A stretch of 64,000 nucleotides of DNA. Origin: an uncultured Alphaproteobacteria bacterium (GTDB lineage Bacteria; Pseudomonadota; Alphaproteobacteria; ATCC43930; CGMCC-115725). This document shows positions 58,088-64,000 of this stretch, in pieces. Every line of letters begins with the position of its first letter. Position 1 is the first letter of the stretch. The notes below the pieces were generated by a model. It was not told the DNA's origin, searched no databases, and saw nothing but the letters and a program-made list of their open reading frames with translations. The position numbers and the translations under genes were made by a program. The stretch spans positions 426,069-490,068 of the forward strand of contig CAVTLA010000002.1 in assembly GCA_963735465.1 (NCBI GenBank), written 5' to 3'.

Positions 58088-58968
58088 CGACATCGGTGAT
58101 CCTCGGCACGGCGACGCCGGGCGGCGGCTTTCCGCTCTACGGCGCCGCCGTCATCGAGACATTGCGCGAGATCGATCCCTCCCTCGCGATCGAGGCGCGC
58201 AACACCAAGGGCAGCACCGAGAACGTGCCGCTCCTGGAAGCGGGAAAGCTTGACATCGCCCTGGTGCAAGGCGAGGTCGCCCACGAGGCTCTGGCCGGAA
58301 TCGGGCGGCCGCCGGCGGATCTCCGGATTCTCGCCGCCATGTATTCGACGGCGGGCATGTTCGTGACGCGTGCCGACAACGCCGCGCGCGCGATCGGCGA
58401 TCTCCGCGGCAAGCCCGTGGCTTTCGGCGCCCGCGGTTCCGGGTTGGTGATCCTCGCGCGCTACGTGCTCGACGGCATCTCCCTCGATCCCGACCGGGAT
58501 TTCCAGGCGATCTATCTCGAGCGCGCCGGCGACGGTCCCGCCATGGTGCTGGACGGGCGCGCCGCGGCGCTCTGGGGCGGCGGCATCGGCTGGCCCGGCT
58601 TCGCCGCGGTGGCGCGCGATCCCGCCGGGGGCCGCTTCATCGCGCCCGACGCCGAGGAAATCGCGCGCATCCGCGCCAAACACCAATTCTTGAAGCCGAT
58701 GACGGTGCCCGCCGGCAGCTATCCTGGCCAGGCGGCGGCGATTCCGTCGGTCGGATCCTGGAGCTTCGTCATGACGCGGCCGGATCTCCCCGACGATGTG
58801 GCCTATCGCTTGGCGCGCGCACTCCATCGGGGCGAGGCGGCGCTCGCCAGGCGCCTGCCTCAGGCCGCGGAGACCACCGCCGCCAACACCCTTGCGGCAG
58901 CACCCCGGGTCGACCTTGTCCATCCCGGCGTGCTGCGCTATCTCCGCGACATCGGCTTGGCGCGCTGA
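58084..58968 (+). CDS. TAXI-family (TRAP-associated, NMT1-like) solute-binding protein homologue lacking a signal peptide
   Basis: 294 aa. Blocks: LGTATPGGGFPLYGAA..NTKGSTENVPLLEAGKLDIALVQG and ..VHPGVLRYLRDIG. These are typical of TAXI receptors. The ATG overlaps the livF stop (ATGA). No hydrophobic N-terminal segment is present, and I found no in-frame alternative start in the roughly 90 nt upstream that I read. Confidence 0.7.
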   Translation: MTTSVILGTATPGGGFPLYGAAVIETLREIDPSLAIEARNTKGSTENVPLLEAGKLDIALVQGEVAHEALAGIGRPPADLRILAAMYSTAGMFVTRADNAARAIGDLRGKPVAFGARGSGLVILARYVLDGISLDPDRDFQAIYLERAGDGPAMVLDGRAAALWGGGIGWPGFAAVARDPAGGRFIAPDAEEIARIRAKHQFLKPMTVPAGSYPGQAAAIPSVGSWSFVMTRPDLPDDVAYRLARALHRGEAALARRLPQAAETTAANTLAAAPRVDLVHPGVLRYLRDIGLAR

Positions 58969-58990
58969 GCCTCGCGGCAAGAAGGAGAAA

Positions 58991-60121
58991 ATGGTGGAGA
59001 TGCCGGCACGCCGATACCTCGGCGACTGGCTGCACCGGCGCCGCTCGGAGCTTCGCCTCGGCGCGCGGGTGACGGTCGCGGCGCTTGCCGGCTACGCGCT
59101 TGCCGAGCTTCTGCATCTGGCCCAGGGCTACTGGGCGGTGCTGACCGCCGTGGTGGTGACCCAGTCCAGCGTCGGCGGCTCCCTCAAGGCGAGCATCGAT
59201 CGATTCATCGGCACCTTCAGCGGCGCCCTCTTCGGCGCGGTCATCGCGCTCCTGATCCCGCATCAGAATGCGCTGGCGCCAGCCGTCGCCCTGGCGGTGG
59301 CGGTGGCGCCGCTCGCGGTCCTCGCCGCGATCAGCGCCAGCTTCCGCATCGCGCCGGTGACTGCGATCATCGTGCTGCTGGGCACCTCCAGCGCCCAGGC
59401 GGGCCCGCTTGGCTCGGCGACCGCGCGGGTGATCGAGATCAGCCTCGGCTGCGTCGTGGGGTTGGCAGTGTCGCTGCTGGTCCTGCCGGCGCGGGCCTAC
59501 CGGGCCGCAGGCGCTGGAACCGGACGTGCCCTCGACGTCCTGGCGGATCTCCTCGCCGCCTTGGTTGCGGGCCTGACGGCGACCCCGGACGGCGCGCTTT
59601 ATCAGCGGCTCCACGAGCGGGTGCGCGGAGCGATCGCGGCGCTGGAGACCAGTGCCGCGGAGGTCGAGCACGAGCGCCGCATCTACCTCGCCGGCGGACT
59701 CGACGCCAAGCCGCTGGTGCGCGGCGCGCGGCGGCTGCACGCCGACCTCGTCATGATCGGCCGCGCCGCCGCGGTGCCGTTGCCGGAGCCGATGCGCACG
59801 CGGCTCGCGCCACGGCTCGCGGAGGCGTCTACGGCAATCGGCGAGTTCCTGCGCGGCACCGGCACGGCGCTCGCCGAGCGTCGCGATCCGCCGCCCATCC
59901 GTACGGTGAATGCAGCCCTCGACGGCTACGCCGCAGCGATGACGGAGCTCCGCCGCGAGCATCTCACGCGAGACTTGTCCGACGAGGAGGCCGGGCGCAT
60001 CTTCGCCCTCGGCTTCGGGCTGGAGCAGCTGCGCCGCGATCTCGACGAGCTCGCGAGCCGCGCCGCCGAGTTCGCGCGGCCGCTGCGGCGCCTGCTGAGC
60101 GGGCACGCCGAGGCCGAGTGA
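58991..60121 (+). CDS. FUSC/ArAE-family (aromatic acid exporter-like) membrane protein
   Basis: 376 aa from ATG 58991, after GAAGGAG. The block ..LHLAQGYWAVLTAVVVTQSSVGGSLKASIDRFIGTFSGA.. and about 5 TM segments are followed by a soluble helical C-terminal half. Confidence 0.78.
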   Translation: MVEMPARRYLGDWLHRRRSELRLGARVTVAALAGYALAELLHLAQGYWAVLTAVVVTQSSVGGSLKASIDRFIGTFSGALFGAVIALLIPHQNALAPAVALAVAVAPLAVLAAISASFRIAPVTAIIVLLGTSSAQAGPLGSATARVIEISLGCVVGLAVSLLVLPARAYRAAGAGTGRALDVLADLLAALVAGLTATPDGALYQRLHERVRGAIAALETSAAEVEHERRIYLAGGLDAKPLVRGARRLHADLVMIGRAAAVPLPEPMRTRLAPRLAEASTAIGEFLRGTGTALAERRDPPPIRTVNAALDGYAAAMTELRREHLTRDLSDEEAGRIFALGFGLEQLRRDLDELASRAAEFARPLRRLLSGHAEAE

Positions 60122-60162
60122 CGCCGTTGCAGGATTAGAGTCGGATACCGAAGGAGCAGCTC

Positions 60163-61074
60163 ATGTACGCAGCGCCTCCCGTCATCGAGACCACGGTCTT
60201 TGCCCGCATCCCCGAGAGTCTCTGGCGCGACAGGCCCTCGCATTGGGTCGAGTTCAATCAGATGGGCGTGCCGCATCCGACGTTTCTCGAAGGTCCGTCC
60301 TTCGACCGCGAGGGCAATCTCTGGGTCACCGACATTCCCTGGGGGCGCCTCTTCAAGATCGTGCCGGACGGATCCATCACCGTGGCCCTCGAATATGACG
60401 GCGAGCCGAACGGCCTCAAGTTCCACAAGGACGGCCGCGCCTTCATCACCGATCACAAGCACGGGATCATGGTGTTCGATCCCAAGACCGGAAAGATCGC
60501 GGCCTATCGCGACCGCGGCGTCGTCGAGCGCTTCAAGGGCGTGAACGATCTGGTGTTCGCCTCGAACGGCGACATGTACTTCACCGATCAGGGCCAGACC
60601 GGGCAGCACGACCGCACGGGCCGGCTCTATCGCCTGCGCGCCAGCGGCGAGCTCGAGTGCATCCTCGATTGCATCCCGAGCCCGAACGGCCTCGTCCTCA
60701 ACAAGACGGAGACCGTGGTCTTCCTCTGCGTCACCCGGGACAACGCGATCTGGCGGGTGCCGCTGCTGAAGGACGGCAGCGCCACCAAGGTCGGCGTCTT
60801 CATTCAGATGTCCGGCGGCGTCGGCCCCGACGGCATGGCGATCGACGAGGAGGAAAATCTCGTCGTCTGCCACGTGGGCATGGGCTCAGCCTGGGTCTTC
60901 AGCCCGATCGGCGAGCCGCTCTATCGCCTCAAGTCCTGCACCGGCCTCGCCGTCACCAACTGCGCCTTCGGCGGGCCCGAGCGCAAGACGCTGTTCATCA
61001 CGGAGTCGAAGACCGGCACCATCCTCAAGGCCGAGCTGAAGGTGCCCGGCCGGAGGATGTACTCCCACATGTAA
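60163..61074 (+). CDS. SMP-30/gluconolactonase/LRE family protein
   Basis: 303 aa. Blocks: EGPSFDREGNLWVTD, PNGLKFHKDG, NDLVFASNGDMYFTD, PNGLVLN, GPDGMAID. Confidence 0.88.
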   Translation: MYAAPPVIETTVFARIPESLWRDRPSHWVEFNQMGVPHPTFLEGPSFDREGNLWVTDIPWGRLFKIVPDGSITVALEYDGEPNGLKFHKDGRAFITDHKHGIMVFDPKTGKIAAYRDRGVVERFKGVNDLVFASNGDMYFTDQGQTGQHDRTGRLYRLRASGELECILDCIPSPNGLVLNKTETVVFLCVTRDNAIWRVPLLKDGSATKVGVFIQMSGGVGPDGMAIDEEENLVVCHVGMGSAWVFSPIGEPLYRLKSCTGLAVTNCAFGGPERKTLFITESKTGTILKAELKVPGRRMYSHM

Positions 61075-61095
61075 GGGAGGCCGCGACGGGTGCGG

Positions 61096-61503
61096 CTAGG
61101 GCCGCACGCGCCAGAACGGGAGGTTGCCCTCGTAGTCGGCGCTGGCGCGATCGAGGCCGATGTCGCGGAGCGCCCGGTCATCCATCGACAGCAGGGCCTG
61201 CCGGCTCCGGGACCGCTCCTGCCACAGACCGACCTGGTCGAGCGCCACCGTCAGCATCTCGCGGACGGGGGTCCACCACTGGTGGGCGGTCTGCGCCTCC
61301 AGGCGGCGCGGCCGCCAGCCGTACAGGATCGCCGCCGGATTCGGCCGCCAGGCGGTGTCGAAAATCTCGCCCCGCGGGCCTTCCGTGCGCCAGCGGAACA
61401 TCGGCCCCGCGCCACGAAATGCGGGCGCCGCCGAGGCGGTGGTGAGGGCCGCGATATGAGCCGCCGCGATGGCGGGAATTGAGCTCTGCTGAAACCGTTC
61501 CAT
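61096..61503 (-). CDS. DUF1127 domain protein with an unusually long N-terminal extension
   Basis: 135 aa from ATG 61503, with AAGGAG 7 nt upstream. The C-terminal block RSRQALLSMDDRALRDIGLDRASADYE is the DUF1127 signature. I recognise nothing in the preceding roughly 95 aa. Confidence 0.65.
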   Translation of the reverse strand: MERFQQSSIPAIAAAHIAALTTASAAPAFRGAGPMFRWRTEGPRGEIFDTAWRPNPAAILYGWRPRRLEAQTAHQWWTPVREMLTVALDQVGLWQERSRSRQALLSMDDRALRDIGLDRASADYEGNLPFWRVRP

Positions 61504-61598
61504 GATCGAATCTCCTTTGGCCATGCGTTCGTCCTGCGGAGAGAATGGCGCCGGAAAACATTGGCCACAAACGAGGTCTTTTCATATAATGGCCCAGA

Positions 61599-61613
61599 TT
61601 AATTAGGCCTTAA
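61599..61613. promoter_or_regulatory. dyad TTAA-N7-TTAA (also fits LysR T-N11-A) overlapping the LysR gene start
   Basis: TTAATTAGGCCTTAA lies at 61599-61613. It sits in an AT-rich stretch of the DUF1127/LysR divergent intergenic region. Confidence 0.3.
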
Positions 61614-62515
61614 TGCCGATGCAGGGATCGCTTCCGCTCAATGGACTCAAGGCCTTCGAGGCCGCCGCCCGGCACCTCAGTTTCACCCGTGCGGCGGCGG
61701 AGCTGCACGTCACCCAGGCGGCCGTCAGCCACCAGGTAAAGACCCTGGAGCTGCGCCTCGGGGTGAAGCTGTTCCGGCGCCTGCCGAAGAGCCTCCTGCT
61801 TACCGATGAAGGCCAGGCTCTGCTGCCGGATCTGCACGATGCCTTCGAGCGCATGGCCCGGGCGCTGGCGCGGGTGAGCTCCGGTCGCGGCGCCGCCACC
61901 CTCTCGGTCACCACCCTCACCACCTTTGCCCTCACTTGGCTGGTCTCGCGGCTGCCGCGCTTCCAGGCAGCGCATCCCGACATCGAGGTCCGCCTGGCGA
62001 CGACGGCGCGCATGGTGGATTTCGTGCGCGAGGACGTCGACGTCGCCATCCGCTATGGCGACGGGCGATGGCCGGGCCTCGTCGTCACCAAGCTGTTCGA
62101 CGACGAGCTGACGCCGCTCTGCGGGCGCACGCACCGCGACCGGCTGCGCCGGCCGGAGGACCTTCGCCACGTTCCGCTGATCGATGCCTCCAGCGTCGAG
62201 CCGGCCTCGGTGGGAGACTGGCCGACCTGGCTCGCCGCCGCGGGCATTCCCGACCTTCCGCTAAATCTGGGCGCCCATTTCAATTCGACGAAGATCGCCG
62301 TGCAGGCCGCCATCGACGGGCTGGGCGTGGCAATCGGCTCGCCCTACCTCTTTAACGAGGACATCGTCGCGGGCCGATTGTTCCAGCCGTTTCCTCTCAC
62401 GGTGGGTCACGGCAAGGCCTATTGGCTGGTGCACCAGGAATCGGCGGGGGAGCGGCGAAAGGTGAAGGCGTTCCGTGACTGGATCCTGTCGGAGATGGCC
62501 AGCAAAACCGCATAG
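61613..62515 (+). CDS. LysR-family transcriptional regulator (GcvA/AmpR-like subgroup)
   Basis: 300 aa. HTH block: LNGLKAFEAAARHLSFTRAAAELHVTQAAVSHQVKTLE..LFRRLPKSLLLTDEG. Confidence 0.9.
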   Translation: MPMQGSLPLNGLKAFEAAARHLSFTRAAAELHVTQAAVSHQVKTLELRLGVKLFRRLPKSLLLTDEGQALLPDLHDAFERMARALARVSSGRGAATLSVTTLTTFALTWLVSRLPRFQAAHPDIEVRLATTARMVDFVREDVDVAIRYGDGRWPGLVVTKLFDDELTPLCGRTHRDRLRRPEDLRHVPLIDASSVEPASVGDWPTWLAAAGIPDLPLNLGAHFNSTKIAVQAAIDGLGVAIGSPYLFNEDIVAGRLFQPFPLTVGHGKAYWLVHQESAGERRKVKAFRDWILSEMASKTA

Positions 62516-62714
62516 ACTTTTTACGCCCAGAACTGGCAAGAAGTTTGCAGCGTCGTCGCGTGATGTGGCGCTGACACTGCATCCCGTGGAGTCGACGCCG
62601 CATTTCGCGGCACGCCGCCCGGAAAACGGTCATCTCTGGGACCGATCCGGCGGCGTGTCGACCAGGGGTTTGTGCTGTCCCGCGATACAATTTTGGGGGG
62701 AGATATCACCAGTT

Positions 62715-63995
62715 ATGGTCAGAAACTGTAGGCTAATTGGGGCCGTCAGTACGCTCGTACTGATCGCCGCGCTTTCCGCTGCGACTCCCGCCGCCGCGCA
62801 GACCGCTGCTGCGGCGCCCGCAGCGCCGGCGGCACCGGCCGCCTGGGCCGATACGCTCACCTTCACCGGCCAGGTGGAAGCCGGCTTCACGGCGAATCCC
62901 GAAGGTCCGCCCGACCACCGCAATTTCGGCCAGCTGTTCACGGATCACGCCAACCAGCCGGTGCTGAACCAGATCCTGCTCACCGCGCAGCGGCCGCTCG
63001 ACCCCAAGGCCGAGGGCTGGGATTTCGGCTTCAAGCTCCAGGGCATGTACGGATCCGACGCGCGCTACACGCATTTCATGGGCGAGTTCGACCGCGTCAT
63101 CCACGACACCAACCAGATTGACCTGGTGGAGGCGAACGCGCTGATCCACGCGCCGATCATCAGCGACGGCGGCATGGACCTGAAGATCGGCCAGTACTCG
63201 ACGCCGCTGGGCTACGAGGTGATCGACGCCAGCGCCAATCCGCTCTATTCGCACTCCTACATCTTCAACTTCGGCATTCCGCTGAAGCACACGGGCGCGC
63301 TCACGACCACGCATGTGACCGACGTCCTCGATCTCTGGGCGGGCGTCGACACCGGCGTCAATACCTGGGTCGGCAAGCACGGCGACAACAACGGCGCCCT
63401 CGCGGGCATCGGCGGCTTCGGTCTCAACCTGATGGACGGCAAGCTGACGGTCCTCGCCCTCTCGCACTTCGGACCGGAGAACCCGCGCGGCGCCGTCGAC
63501 CTGGCCGGCAAGCCGATCGACGTCAACGGCGAGTTCCGCTACGAAAATGACGTGGCCATCACCTGGAAGGTGAGCGACGCGCTGACCTCCGTCACCGAGC
63601 TCAATTTCATCCGCGACGACGGCGTCAACGCGAACGGCGGCGGCATCGCCCAGTACATCACCTACGCCTTCGACGAGCAGTGGTCGATTACCGGCCGCGG
63701 CGAGGTCTGGGACGACTCCAAGGGCTTCTACGTCGCGAAATTCGAGCACCCCCTCGACTTCGTGAACTTCGAGCGCGGCCTGCCGACAAGCTCCGGCGGC
63801 GTGGTGGGCGGCGGCAAGAACACCTATACGGAGCTGACCCTGGGCGTCACCTGGAAGCCCGAGCTGCCGAAGCCGATCTCCGGCTTCATGCTGCGGCCGG
63901 AAATCCGCTACGACCACGCCGCCAAGCCGGTTTTCGGCAACGGCAGCGACGACAACCAGATCACCTTCGCGGCGGATTTCGTCCTGCAGTTCTGA
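62715..63995 (+). CDS. outer-membrane beta-barrel protein (porin-like, C-terminal Phe)
   Basis: 426 aa from ATG 62715. Signal peptide: ..LVLIAALSAATPAAAQ. It has an Ala/Pro linker and alternating-strand sequence, and ends ..ITFAADFVLQF. Confidence 0.8.
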   Translation: MVRNCRLIGAVSTLVLIAALSAATPAAAQTAAAAPAAPAAPAAWADTLTFTGQVEAGFTANPEGPPDHRNFGQLFTDHANQPVLNQILLTAQRPLDPKAEGWDFGFKLQGMYGSDARYTHFMGEFDRVIHDTNQIDLVEANALIHAPIISDGGMDLKIGQYSTPLGYEVIDASANPLYSHSYIFNFGIPLKHTGALTTTHVTDVLDLWAGVDTGVNTWVGKHGDNNGALAGIGGFGLNLMDGKLTVLALSHFGPENPRGAVDLAGKPIDVNGEFRYENDVAITWKVSDALTSVTELNFIRDDGVNANGGGIAQYITYAFDEQWSITGRGEVWDDSKGFYVAKFEHPLDFVNFERGLPTSSGGVVGGGKNTYTELTLGVTWKPELPKPISGFMLRPEIRYDHAAKPVFGNGSDDNQITFAADFVLQF

Positions 63996-64000
63996 GATCA

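Overview
This is a very GC-rich window (judged by eye, not computed) that reads as core chromosome of an alphaproteobacterium, possibly Rhodospirillales or Acetobacteraceae-like. That placement is an inference from synteny blocks: cobS-cobT-J-domain-bolA, aroB-aroK-xerD-accA, secA-ppiC-argJ-mutT and comF-grxC-nit-DUF1178-pgk. All protein family calls come from reading the translated ORFs against remembered family motifs; no database search was run.

I support about 60 protein-coding genes. I found no rRNA, tRNA, CRISPR array, transposase or prophage gene. Many long ORFs in the six-frame track are GC-shadow ORFs antisense to real genes, and several track ORFs carry spurious 5' extensions that I trimmed to plausible starts.

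- **Main finding (2272-7740):** a three-gene module holds a close RpfF-like DSF synthase (crotonase fold, both catalytic Glu motifs present). It lies convergent to an RpfC-like multi-TM hybrid kinase (HisKA-HATPase-receiver-like insert-REC-HPt), which is preceded by a soluble REC-PAS-histidine kinase. No RpfG (HD-GYP) or RpfB gene is present. This looks like a DSF-family (cis-2-enoic acid) quorum-sensing system with a non-canonical output, in a lineage where I am not aware of a characterised one.
- **Frameshifted methyltransferases:** a conserved SAM methyltransferase is broken by three +1 frameshifts within about 200 bp, and a second methyltransferase 3 kb away has a +1 shift at a CCCGGG run.
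- **Repeats:** three different families of long palindromic intergenic repeats are present.
- **Candidate operators:** two perfect GTACG-N4-CGTAC palindromes lie upstream of a ribbon-helix-helix gene.
- **Terminators on the unexpected strand:** two plus-strand intrinsic terminators sit in places where no plus-strand gene ends.
- **Transport and catabolism:** a signal-peptide-less TAXI-type binding protein is translationally coupled to a hyuAB plus LIV-type ABC cluster.
- **Atypical DNA:** a 0.7-kb insert of atypical composition carries an orphan membrane protein.
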